DNA of 63,399 nt, filler included, from Asterionella formosa (GCA_002256025.1; 16 parts of 16 records of this genome joined end to end with filler, not necessarily neighbours in it), one strand, 5' to 3'. Positions 37,991-50,650 are shown, counted from the first letter of the whole stretch. Numbers and translations are program-made. Notes: generated by a model from the sequence alone, not told the origin.

Positions 37991-40017
37991 TTAGGGTTAG
38001 GGTTACAGAGCCATAGCGCCACTACCGGTAGTGCGTTTCAGTAAAAAATTGCTGCTCTTTCTGAATCTATAATATGAATGGTGTGGATATATATACATGG
38101 CTCGCGGTTAAGGCGTGGGCACATTTGTTCAGTGGAAAACGTGTTTTTAACTATAAATGGTATCAATATATTTATGGCTCGCGGTTACAGCGTGGGTATA
38201 TTGCTTTAGTCGAAAAGTGTTGGCTTTTTATGAGTCTATATATATCTGGTTTGGATATGTATATATGGCAAGCGGTTATATGTACATGTATATTACTCCA
38301 ATACATTCGATGTGCAATTCCTCTCCCATCATACTGTTATCTGTTGCTCATATGGCGTGCTATTGTAATGTAGTTACGTCCTGTTACTAAACCCTTACAT
38401 AGGAGGTATCCTTATCCTTTCTTGTATTGTTTATTTAAGGGCAAGAAATGGTCGTTTGCCTGTGGCAACACTATTCGAATTTGGTTATGATAAACCCAAA
38501 CACAACCTCCAAATATTTTCAAAAGGTCACATCAGCCAGGTGCAATAAGTTCCAACAGTGGTACGCATTTTAGTGAATTTGTTACATCCATTGTCGAGCT
38601 CCCATCATAATGAATCGTAAGACAAAAGGTAAGCATCTGGATAAGGAGGATCGTTATGAGAAACCGCAAATTGACATGACTACCAAACCAGCCATTGACA
38701 CGGCCACTACCTTGACAGCCTTATCGGCAAGGCGATTCAATCCCATTCCTCAAAAGCGTGCATTCATAACTAAAACGCCGCGTATACAACGCGCCCTCAG
38801 GAGTGATGGGCCGGTCCAAACACCGGAGTCGCTAAAAAAAATACCAGGAGAGAAAAGGAAATTTCGACCTGATCCGGCTGAGGCAGACTCTGGATCATTG
38901 AAAGTTGCGCCATCGAAGGAGGAGGAGGAGGGTATTCCAGTGCTGCGGGAAGAGTTGAAAGCAATACGATCTGATATGGCGCAGATGATGGCTGTGTTTA
39001 TGGGTGCTATGTCTAACTTTCAGCCTCAGTGTCAGGATGAACTTCAAACATTAACAGAAGCGGTATTATCTCATGAATCGAAAGCCACAGTTGGACCAAC
39101 ACAACAGTTGTTTGAACCTGCACTGTGTCCTGTTTGTCAGGTGCAGTTAAACTTTCTGTCCGCTGCCACAGACCTACAGCTTCTTTTCAAAGCCGGCGTC
39201 GCCAAAGGGATGATGATGACACATTCCTGTAGGTGGCATAGAGAAGAGCCTGTATGGAATGCTCTTCCCAAGCTTGACTTGGATATGCGATCCTTGCATG
39301 GTAGGTCTAAGCCAACAACTGCAACAGTATTAGGTTTGGTTTCCTACAGTTTGGCATCCTCGGCTTGAGCAATTCGGTTGCCCAAAACAGATGGTTGGAT
39401 TGACCGATGGAATGACGTCAAAAACAAGATAATATATCGCATTGGTTATGCCCAACGCTTATGTTCAGAATGCCCTATCTATCTGCGAGGACGGACAAAT
39501 TTCTTAGGTGCAACTGGAGAAACTCTCGCGGCTCAGCGGCTGTGGTTAAAGAACGAAGCGGCAAAGTATTTGGACGACCTTTGTATCAACACGGAGAGCT
39601 CTCCCCCAAGTGAACATTGGTATTCAATAACAACAGCTGCTAGAAAGAGGAATCTAGTCCAGATCTTCTTTCTAGACGCAAAGTTCCATCGTGAATGCAG
39701 ATTATTACCTCCTGAGACGTTACCACCAAGTGAACACTTTCGAATCAATAGATCAATATAAGATATAGACAATTAACAAAAAGATTAGAAGATACTAAAA
39801 TATGAATTGAGATAGATCAATATATAATAGGAACAAATCACAAAAGCATTAGCAGATGTTTAAATATGAATTGAGATAGATGATACACAAAGTTACAATT
39901 GGGAACAATCAGCACCATGTAGGGTATAGATTAAAAAATCCGGGTTGTGACATGTAAATGATGAGTAGCATTGATCCATTGTGAATCAACGGAATACCAT
40001 CTTATTCGGTACTATCT
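37991..40017 (+). mobile_element. TTAGGG-headed repeat element, copy 1
   Basis: Starts TTAGGGTTAGGGTTA and is colinear and near-identical to 40118-42144. Confidence 0.55.
38610..39761 (+). pseudogene. Unknown 383-aa ORF (coiled coil, two CxxC) with premature TGA at 39366-39368
   Basis: ORFs 38610-39368 and 39378-39761 share a frame. The other copy reads through this codon as CAA. Confidence 0.75.
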
Positions 40018-40117
40018 NNNNNNNNNNNNNNNNNNNNNNNNNNNNNNNNNNNNNNNNNNNNTTAATTAATTAANNNNNNNNNNNNNNNNNNNNNNNNNNN
40101 NNNNNNNNNNNNNNNNN

Positions 40118-42144
40118 TTAGGGTTAGGGTTACAGAGCCATAGCGCCACTACCGGTAGTGCGTTTCAGTAAAAAATTGCTGCTCTTTCTGAATCTATAAT
40201 ATGAATGGTGTGGATATATATACATGGCTCGCGGTTAAGGCGTGGGCACATTTGTTCAGTGGAAAACGTGTTTTTAACTATAAATGGTATCAATATATTT
40301 ATGGCTCGCGGTTACAGCGTGGGTATATTGCTTTAGTCGAAAAGTGTTGGCTTTTTATGAGTCTATATATATCTGGTTTGGATATGTATATATGGCAAGC
40401 GGTTATATGTACATGTATATTACTCCAATACATTCGATGTGCAATTCCTCTCCCATCATACTGTTATCTGTTGCTCATATGGCGTGCTATTGTAATGTAG
40501 TTACGTCCTGTTACTAAACCCTTACATAGGAGGTATCCTTATCCTTTCTTGTATTGTTTATTTAAGGGCAAGAAATGGTCGTTTGCCTGTGGCAACACTA
40601 TTCGAATTTGGTTATGATAAACCCAAACACAACCTCCAAATATTTTCAAAAGGTCACATCAGCCAGGTGCAATAAGTTCCAACAGTGGTACGCATTTTAG
40701 TGAATTTGTTACATCCATTGTCGAGCTCCCATCATAATGAATCGTAAGACAAAAGGTAAGCATCTGGATAAAGAGGATCGTTATGAGAAACCGCAAATTG
40801 ACATGACTACCAAACCAGCCATTGACGCGGCCACTACCTTGACAGCCTTATCGGCAAGGCGATTCAATCCCATTCCTCAAAAGCGTGCATTCATAACTAA
40901 AACGCCGCGTATACAACGCGCCCTCAGGAGTGATGGGCCGGTCCAAACACCGGAGTTGCTAAAAAAAATACCAGGAGAGAAAAGGAAATTTCGACCTGAT
41001 CCGGCTGAGGCAGACTCTGGATCATTGAAAGTTGCGCCATCGAAGGAGGAGGAGGAGGGTATTCCAGTGCTGCGGGAAGAGTTGAAAGCAATATGATCTG
41101 ATATGGCGCAGATGATGGCTGTGTTTATGGGTGCTATGTCTAACTTTCAGCCTCAGTGTCAGGATGAACTTCAAACATTAACAGAAGCGGTATTATCTTA
41201 TGAATCGAAAGCCACAGTTGGACCAACACAACAGTTGTTTGAACCTGCACTGTGTCCTGTTTGTCAGGTGCAGTTAAACTTTCTGTCCGCTGCCACAGAC
41301 CTACAGCTTCCTTTCAAAGCCGGCGTCGCCAAAGGGATGATGATGACACATTCCTGTAGGTGGCATAGAGAAGAGCCTGTATGGAATGCTCTTCCCAAGC
41401 TTGACTTGGATATGCGATCCTTGCATGGTAGGTCTAAGCCAACAACTGCAACAGTATTAGGATTGGTTTCCTACAGTTTGGCATCCTCGGCTCAAGCAAT
41501 TCGGTTGCCCAAAACAGATGGTTGGATTGACCGATGGAATGACGTCAAAAACAAGATAATATATCGCATTGGTTATGCCCAACGCTTATGTTCAGAATGC
41601 CCTATCTATCTGCGAGGACGGACAAATTTCTTAGGTGCAACTGGAGAAACTCTCGCGGCTCAGCGGCTGTGGTTAAAGAACGAAGCGGCAAAGTATTTGG
41701 ACGACCTTTGTATCAACACGGAGAGCTCTCCCCCAAGTGAACATTGGTATTCAATAACAACAGCTGCTAGAAAGAGGAATCTAGTCCAGATCTTCTTTCT
41801 AGACGCAAAGTTCCATCGTGAATGCAGATTATTACCTCCTGAGACGTTACCACCAAGTGAACACTTTCGAATCAATAGATCAATATAAGATATAGACAAT
41901 TAACAAAAAGATTAGTAGATACTAAAATATGAATTGAGATAGATCAATATATAATAGGAACAAATCACAAAAGCATTAGCAGATGTTTAAATATGAATTG
42001 AGATAGATGATACACAAAGTTACAATTGGGAACAATCAGCACCATGTAGGGTATAGATTAAAAAATCCGGGTTGTGACATGTAAATGATGAGTAGCATTG
42101 ATCCATTGCGAATCAACGGAATACCATCTTATTCGGTACTATCT
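40118..42144 (+). mobile_element. TTAGGG-headed repeat element, copy 2
   Basis: Same start, end and length (2027 bp) as copy 1, differing by a few substitutions. Confidence 0.55.
40737..41888 (+). pseudogene. Second copy of the 383-aa ORF with premature TGA at 41094-41096
   Basis: Copy 1 has CGA at the equivalent codon (38967-38969). Confidence 0.75.
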
Positions 42145-42244
42145 NNNNNNNNNNNNNNNNNNNNNNNNNNNNNNNNNNNNNNNNNNNNTTAATTAATTAA
42201 NNNNNNNNNNNNNNNNNNNNNNNNNNNNNNNNNNNNNNNNNNNN

Positions 42245-44146
42245 TACTACCTGGTACCGGTAGTAACTCGTCAGCCTGGCTAATTATCGCGCCAGTTAAA
42301 TTCATAAAAGCAATATCATGATAACTACCGGGTAGGTATGCCAGAACATATGGTGTTCTGTTGCTCGCTTATTACTCCGACTATTGGTTTTAGTTTTACG
42401 ATCATACAATCCTAGAACTATGATGATTTATTGTCCCACTGCAGTAGCAACAGTCCTGAACATATGGTGTTCTGTTGCTAGTTTACTACTCCGACTACCC
42501 CCACCAGCATATCACTTACTACCTGCTACTGGTACTCTGTATATATATATGATATATTGTTATTGTCATATGATGTACCGGTACACATGAAGAGCTCCCG
42601 CCCAAAAAGGGGGCTTAAACAATATGCCACCATAACCCTGGCGGTTATGACTTACACGGTTCACGTAGTCGTTGAAAACAATGGACATATAGTGCATTGA
42701 GTATTTTCGAATTATGTATATGCGAGTATGATCATCTCAACCATATCAGATGTTCCATATCGAGAGCGCCTTTGAATTTTATAAAATGTATTACGCTATA
42801 TATATATATATATTTACAAATTTTATTACTATATTCATGGCCAATATATTTTTCAAATCGTTCTGTCACGTTAACAATCAATGCCTGCTGCTTCATGAAA
42901 AGATACGTCGTAGTAAAGCACATGACAGCAAAGAAAGTTTACGCAATACATAACGAAAAACATTGTGACTTCGACACATTGCGCATTCGAAGGATGGAGA
43001 ATGTTTAAGGTAATGAAGCCATCAATGTGCGTGGTACTTGGATGACAATCGTTGGGAGGCAGGCAGGCAGCACAACAACAAATTGTTAACTAAACGCACA
43101 TTTCCTTTTTTCTCAGTTGATTCAACAGCTCAAACAAAACCAAACCAAATTGCGTAAGTGCTCTTGTCGCTCGTTGGACCTATTCACTTCTGTTGGAACA
43201 AAGCTATCATGACTACTAGCTAACAAATCATTCCTTCTCATTGTTTCTGTAACTGCATAGGACCATAAAACCAATCAAACAACGGAATAGTCGGCGAAAA
43301 ATGCTAGTATGGCTTGTCAGCTCACGCATTGTTGTTGACAACAGGCAGGGACAATGAGGTCCGGAATGGAAGTTTTTCTGGTAAGATTACTGCGCTATTT
43401 TGACGGCTATATGAGCAACGCTACTGATAACTCACACTGATCTTCCTCTACATTCAATTGACATTGCAGCAAACCCTTTCAATTCAGGAGCATTCGCATG
43501 AAATCCAAAAGAACTCTGCAATACAGTTGAATGGTGAGTGTGTTCTTGTTGTGTACCTAAATGCTAGTATGGCTTGTCAGCTCACGCATTGTTGTTGACA
43601 ACAGGCAGGGACAATGAGGTCCGGAATGGAAGTTGTTCTGGTAAGATTACTGCGCTATTTTGACGGCTATATGAGCAACGCTACTGATATCTCACACTGA
43701 TCTTCCTCTACATTCAATTGACATTGCAGCAAACCCTTTCAGTGCAGGAGCATTCGCATGCCGTTCCGAATGAGCAGGCTTTATTTCATTAATGAAACTC
43801 TTAAATTTAGTTGAATGAACTCCAGAAAATTACGTAAACAAATGTTACATATTAAGTGAACTTTATTCTAGAATTATGTGAACGAAATTACAGAATTACG
43901 TGAAGTATTTCAAATAATTATGTGAAGTATTTCAAATAATTATGTGAACGTGATCACATAATATAGTGATGATCAGGAATGCATGCATGATACTTTGATC
44001 AAATATTTAACGTGATGTATTCAGATAATATATAGATATATTCAACTACGTATTTTGATGTATTCAACTAATTCATGTGATGCATTCAAAATCAACTAGG
44101 CTTATTTATGTGATGGTCACTTCACGTAATACGCGGCTTAGATGTA
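42245..44146 (+). repeat. Repeat element copy A: micro-exon gene with two 260-bp units, 22-bp minisatellite and CGCGGCTTAGATGTA terminus
   Basis: Near-identical to 44372-46398 over the first 1.3 kb. Units start at 43301 and 43561. Confidence 0.8.
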
Positions 44147-44150
44147 GTAC

Positions 44151-44271
44151 TATGAATGATAATCTGTTTTATAGCCCATTCCTACTCCCCTTTTTCAAGG
44201 CAAGTATTCATAGTCGGCCTGCCAACAAGACCTGTGCTTCCCTAGTTTTGCAAGTGTACTAGGTGAGTCTC
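44151..44271 (-). mobile_element. 3' part of the SINE-like element, copy 2
   Basis: Reverse complement matches about 37070-37186 (AAAACTAGGGAAG..GGGGAGTAGGAATGGGCTATAAAACAGATTATCATT). Confidence 0.7.
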
Positions 44272-44371
44272 NNNNNNNNNNNNNNNNNNNNNNNNNNNNN
44301 NNNNNNNNNNNNNNNTTAATTAATTAANNNNNNNNNNNNNNNNNNNNNNNNNNNNNNNNNNNNNNNNNNNN

Positions 44372-46398
44372 TACTACCTGGTACCGGTAGTAACTCGTCA
44401 GCCTGGCTAATTATCGCGCCAGTTAAATTCATAAAAGCAATATCATGATAACTACCGGGTAGGTATGCCAGAACATATGGTGTTCTGTTGCTCGCTTATT
44501 ACTCCGACTATTGGTTTTAGTTTTACGATCATACAATCCTAGAACTATGATGATTTATTGTCCCACTGCAGTAGCAACAGTCCTGAACATATGGTGTTCT
44601 GTTGCTAGTTTACTACTCCGACTACCCCCACCAGCATATCACTTACTACCTGCTACTGGTACTCTGTATATATATATGATATATTGTTATTGTCATATGA
44701 TGTACCGGTACACATGAAGAGCTCCCGCCCAAAAAGGGGGCTTAAACAATTTGCCACCATAACCCTGGCGGTTATGACTTACACGGTTCACGTAGTCGTG
44801 GAAAACAATGGACATATAGTGCATTGAGTATTTTCGAATTATGTATATGCGAGTATGATCATCTCAACCATATCAGATGTTCCATATCGAGAGCGCCTTT
44901 GAATTTTATAAAATGTATTACGCTATATATATATATATATTTACAAATTTTATTACTATATTCATGGCCAATATATTTTTCAAATCGTTCTGTCACGTTA
45001 ACAATCAATGCCTGCTGCTTCATGAAAAGATACGTCGTAGTAAAGCACATGACAGCAAAGAAAGTTTACGCAATACATAACGAAAAACATTGTGACTTCG
45101 ACACATTGCGCATTCGAAGGATGGAGAATGTTTAAGGTAATGAAGCCATCAATGTGCGTGGTACTTGGATGACAATCGTTGGGAGGCAGGCAGGCAGCAC
45201 AACAACAAATTGTTAACTAAACGCACATTTCCTTTTTTCTCAGTTGATTCAACAGCTCAAACAAAACCAAACCAAATTGCGTAAGTGCTCTTGTCGCTCG
45301 TTGGACCTATTCACTTCTGTTGGAACAAAGCTATCATGACTACTAGCTAACAAATCATTCCTTCTCATTGTTTCTGTAACTGCATAGGACCATAAAACCA
45401 ATCAAACAACGGAATAGTCGGCGAAAAATGCTAGTATGGCTTGTCAGCTCACGCATTGTTGTTGACAACAGGCAGGGACAATGAGGTCCGGAATGGAAGT
45501 TGTTCTGGTAAGATTACTGCGCTATTTTGACGGCTATATGAGCAACGCTACTGATAACTCACACTGATCTTCCTCTACATTCAATTGACATTGCAGCAAA
45601 CCCTTTCAATTCAGGAGCATTCGGATGAAATCCAAAAGAACTCTGCAATACAGTTGAATGGTGAGTGTGTTCTTGTTGTGTACCTAAATGCTAGTATGGC
45701 TTGTCAGCTCACGCATTGTTGTTGACAACAGCCAGGGACAATGAGGTCCGGAATGGAAGTTGTTCTGGTAAGATTACTGCGCTATTTTGACGGCTATATG
45801 AGCAACGCTACTGATAACTCACACTGATCTTCCTCTACATTCAATTGACATTGCAGCAAACCCTTTCAATTAAGGAGCATTCGGATGAAATCCAAAAGAA
45901 CTCTGCAATACAGTTGAATGGTGAGTGTGTTCTTGTTGTGTACCTAAATGCTAGTATGGCTTGTCAGCTCACGCATTGTTGTTGACAACAGGCAGGGACA
46001 ATGAGGTCCGGAATGGAAGTTTTTCTGGTAAGATTACTGCGCTATTTTGACGGCTATATGAGCAACGCTACTGATAACTCACACTGATCTTCCTCTACAT
46101 TCAATTGACATTGCAGCAAACCCTTTCAGTGCAGGAGCATTCGCATGCCGTTCCGAATGAGAAGGCTTTATTTCATTAATGAAACTCTTTAATTTAGTTG
46201 AATGAACTCCAGAAAATTACGTAAACAAATGTTACATATTAAGTGAACTTTATTCTAGAATTATGTGAACGAAATTACAGAATTACGTGAAGTATTTCAA
46301 ATAATTATGTGAAGTATTTTCAAATAATTATGTGAAGTATTTCAAATAATTATGTGAAGTATTTCAAATAATTATGTGAAGTATTTCAAATAATTATG
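44372..46398 (+). repeat. Repeat element copy B: three 260-bp units and about five 22-bp units running to the contig end
   Basis: Units start at 45428, 45688 and 45948; minisatellite at about 46287-46398. Confidence 0.8.
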
Positions 46399-46498
46399 NN
46401 NNNNNNNNNNNNNNNNNNNNNNNNNNNNNNNNNNNNNNNNNNTTAATTAATTAANNNNNNNNNNNNNNNNNNNNNNNNNNNNNNNNNNNNNNNNNNNN

Positions 46499-47190
46499 TC
46501 CGTTTTGGTTGTTATCATGACAAGACCATAGCAAGATTTTATGCCACAATCACAAACTTTCGAAGCAAATCAGGCAAACATTTGGAGCAACAGTGTCTGG
46601 TAGTACTACAAACAAGATAGAACTGAGCGATGGAATTGAGAAGGGTTCCCATTTTATTTGTGATGGAGGATATCATTCACGGCCTCAGCTGATAGTTCCC
46701 TACAAGCATCAGCTCGATGATTCCACAGAAGGGCCTTGGAGCGATAATCTGGAATCAGCAAGAAAAGACGTGGAATGTTTCTTTGGCATTCCTAAGAAGA
46801 GGTGCATGATCCTCAAGAATCCAATGCAGCTGGCTACACAACAGAAAGCAAATTAGGAATCATGTTGTGATGACTTGCTGCTATATTCACAATAAAAAAT
46901 ATTTTTCTTTTATATGATGGGTATGATGATTGGAAAGAATCAATTGGTGATGATGATGTTGAAAATGCAGTTGATTGAGTGAATGATGAAGATGATCTCC
47001 CAAGAGGAACAAATGAGTGTGAAGACATGAGCATCACATGGCTCAAGCTTTAGAAAACAATTACACAGAGTATGCTGTTGACACTATTGATGCTCAGACT
47101 TTAAGTGACAAGTAAGCATATATAAATAGGAGAGCGAATTTAGTTCATTACTGCAGACAGGCAATCGAAAGAAATGAAATTGTGTGGAGC
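46499..47190 (+). pseudogene. PIF/Harbinger DDE transposase, C-terminal part, degenerate
   Basis: FICDGGYH..LIVPYK..WSDNLESARKDVECFFGI.KKR..ILKNP is the DDE_Tnp_4-type motif set. Stops follow. Confidence 0.85.
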
Positions 47191-47213
47191 TAATTAAATA
47201 TATAATTATTAAA

Positions 47214-48150
47214 TCATTCACAAATGCTACCAGTATTTTCATTGTCCTTCTCCTCTAATGATGAGTTTCTGTCATCAGGAGAGCATACAACATCAGCATT
47301 CAATGTTTTATTGATGAAAGTTAATTCATCTGAATGGCCAGCCAGTACTGGAAATGCTACTGTTTCCCACCTCGAAAGCAGTTCCAGTACTACTAGGAAC
47401 AGATGCAGGAAAGGCATTAGCAATGTGAATCTGAAGGAGGCGTTCCCAACTAGGTAAGTTTGCAGACTTGGCCAATGTGATTGCATTCATTTGATTCTTC
47501 ACTTTAATATTGTCTGCCAATGTCCTCATTGTAGCATTAGCTCTCATCATTGCAGCTCTATTCCTCTCATTAACAAGATCCTCACTTGTTGATCTCTTTG
47601 ATACCAATGCCTGTCTCTTTGCATTCCTAGCCTTATGCCTCTGCTAATTATGGCTCTTGAGTTCATATTGTTTCTTGTTTTAGTAATTGACTTGTTCTTG
47701 ATAAACACCCAAACATGTGGAAGGACCCTTTTGATTGCAGCTTTGTCAGAATCTTGTGTTTCACCACTCACCAACTTATAGTGTGGTTGCCACTGATTGA
47801 TAAACTGAGACTTCAGGTCTCTGAATACAGCCCAAATACTTAACCCTTGTGGCATCATCAAAGTAGTGAAGTTTGCATAAAGCAAAGAATGGCGAACCAC
47901 TGCCTCCATGGATTCCTAACATTCAATCCAGATTCTTCTTCATTTGATTTGTCTAGTATGGCCTTGAATGCACCCACTCTTTGGTGGAATTCTGTCTCTA
48001 TTTGCTTGCAGATGTCCTCCAAGTTAGTCACTTTGCGAGATGAAATTGAAACACCAGACTCGAAAATAATCCAAGACGAAAAGCTCTGATGATTTTCTTT
48101 TCTCTGTCATTGAGAAGCTTGTTGCATGCTTCGATTTGAACTGAATGCCT
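47214..48150 (-). pseudogene. Convergent second ORF of the Harbinger element (accessory protein remnant)
   Basis: Frame-shifted minus-strand pieces with a coiled-coil tail (NERNRAAMMRANA..) end tail-to-tail with the transposase, as in two-ORF Harbingers. Confidence 0.45.
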
Positions 48151-49002
48151 TGCTTGAGTAGCAAGGATATCCATTGGTTCTTGGATACTAGGCTGTTGAT
48201 GATATTGTTATGTGAGTAAATCATTTCTATGTAAATGACAATGGCAGCAAATGAACAAATAATGTTGGCACACCAATAGCACATACCAGTGTTGATGCAG
48301 CCTGTAGAGTAGCTGTGTCAGGATCCATGGGCATCAAGGTATGTTAATAAATCAAGAAGTCAGCATACTAGAAAGGATCCAAAAGGTTGGTTGTTGGTGT
48401 AAAACATCATCGTCAACAGAATCATTAATTTAATATTGAGGCATTGCCGACAGCAATAGAACTCTCAAGATTTATCATCGTCAGTTTAACCATCTGACGG
48501 AATTCTGGCGCGGTAAGGAACAGCNNNNNNNNNNNNNNNNNNNNNNNNNNNNNNNNNNNNNNNNNNNNTTAATTAATTAANNNNNNNNNNNNNNNNNNNN
48601 NNNNNNNNNNNNNNNNNNNNNNNNAGGAACGGCCCTACATAAAAGCAAATAAAACGTGGGAGTACGGCCGAGGTACCAGTACCAGGTTGTACGAGGGATG
48701 AGGCATGTACCGGTCTTTACAGTTCACCTACCACACCGGCATGGTACCTGGTACCCTTGTACTTTCTAAAGGTACATATAGGGCAGTAGTCACCCCCCAG
48801 GTACCAAGGTACCAGGTACCAGGTAGGAGGAGTACCTGTTGAATCCTGATATTTTTAGGTATGTACCTGTATACCGTATTCCTGATATTTAAATAAAAAA
48901 GCTAAAAAATATTTTATCTGGAATGAGAAAACTTGTTTGGAGTCGATGATATCAGCCCGACGCACTATCAATTCTGTCAAGGATAAAAAGCGTTGCTTGA
49001 CA

Positions 49003-50650
49003 ATGGCGGAAGGCAATGGCGGACAAGACAACAAGGTGGCTCTCTTGATTCAGGCAGACGAGCTCAAGTTAAAGGATGCTGTCAATACCCTTCGACAATC
49101 GAGAGATGCTGAGTTAGACTCCTTGCGACGTGAACGATGCAAAATGGGCGCAGCCTCACTATTTTGTACGTCAAGGATACAATTTGGAACTAAGCGTACT
49201 GGCATTCATTGAACATCGCTGACTAACAAGGTCTATCAAATCTCGTGTTTTCTAGCCGAAGATGGAAAGCTCATTGCTCCGGAAAGGCCGGCATCCGTTG
49301 CCCCTTCAAACGTGAAACAGAAATCATTTGTGGCAGAAATGCAGGCGAACCTTAACCAGTCGTCGTCAACAGGAGTTTGCACTGGCTTGGACGATTTTTA
49401 CAAGCAGAAGATGTCGGAGAAAAAAGGAGATTTTGCCAAGAAAGGAGAAGCCACCGAAAATCTCAGGAAATGTCGCACAGCCTTTTCCCCACAAACTGCG
49501 GTTCGAATTAACACGAAGGATACAGTGACACCTGTAGACGGTACTGCCGCTAATCGAGCAGCTGCTGTCATATATGGAACGACGAAGGCCAGGAAATTAA
49601 ATTCAGCGTATGATTGGTTGGTGGCCGAAGAAAAACGCGACGATGACCCGAACAATCCCCCGAAGGTCTGGAATAAACCGACAGACGTGAAGCCTCCTGT
49701 AGTCAGGTCGATGGCGGAATTTTATGAGATTCAAAAAAAACGGCGACTTTCAGATGAAAGAAAAAAGGCTTTTGCCATGAAGGAATATCATGAATATAAT
49801 GGTAAGGGGGAAGTACGCTTGCTTTCTCGCAACGACCTACCAGTTCCCCGAAGCGAGGTCTGCAAAACAGCTTCTCGCGATCCCACGATCCGCGTTAACT
49901 ACATTGGATCAGATTATCGTGGATTTGCCTTTGTCGGTAAGTATGATCTGATATTCGTTCGAATTTTGTGAGATTTTCAAAGCGACTCATTTTGATACTC
50001 CAAAATAGTGCATAATGAACACGGCCTTTTGCTCTTGTTTTGCTCACGAAAGAAGAATAAATCACCCCACTATCAACTCGCTGGTGGACATATTGATGGG
50101 CCTGAATTCCTAGAAGCCGCGAAAACAAGTCAAGACTCGCACACTCAGCTGCTCCTCGCTGCACAGATGGGCACAGCTCGTGAATTATTCGAAGAGACTG
50201 GAATGGATCTGAGAGATCAACTTCATCGATTGGAACCTGCGGCGTTACGGTCCGAAGAAAAGACAAACAAAAATGGGGAGTTCATTCTTACGTGTGAGCA
50301 CCACAAACGGTTGTACTTTTTTCTGCAAGTGACCGATGAGGATTTTCCAACTGGTGTGCACGGAAGACTTGGTTTCACCCGTCCCAAGACCGAGGCGGGA
50401 AAGGAATTGTTGGTACGTCTTGGTTGGGCGGAGGCGGGCTTTGTACGTTTTTTACGAGATTCACTTCTTATATATTGTCTTCCTCTGGTATAGTTGAAAT
50501 TGTCACGTGAGCATCAAGGCTTCTGCTTTGAAAAGGACCCAACCAAGGCTGCAGAAATGCTAAGGAGTCATAGTGGTGGCAAAGGTTCGGAAGCATTGTT
50601 GATGGCTATGTCAAAAAACATGCTAGTGAACGAGGATGAAGCGAGAAAAC
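49003..50650 (+). CDS. Nudix hydrolase with a long N-terminal extension; introns 49166-49255, 49937-50008, 50413-50493; 3' truncated
   Basis: QLAGGHID..E...ARELFEETGMD Nudix box and a downstream LSREH.GF motif. All three GT-AG introns join the ORFs in frame. Confidence 0.88.

Noticed and set aside
37991..38005. True chromosome end (telomere)
   Set aside because: Only 2.5 units are visible, and the strand is wrong for a left end, which would read CCCTAA.
39366..39368. Programmed readthrough, selenocysteine or an alternative genetic code
   Set aside because: The TGAs sit at different codons in the two copies and are explained by CGA mutation. Host genes here use TGA as stop.
43301..46398. CRISPR-like array
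   Set aside because: The 260-bp and 22-bp units are contiguous with no unique spacers, and no cas genes are present.
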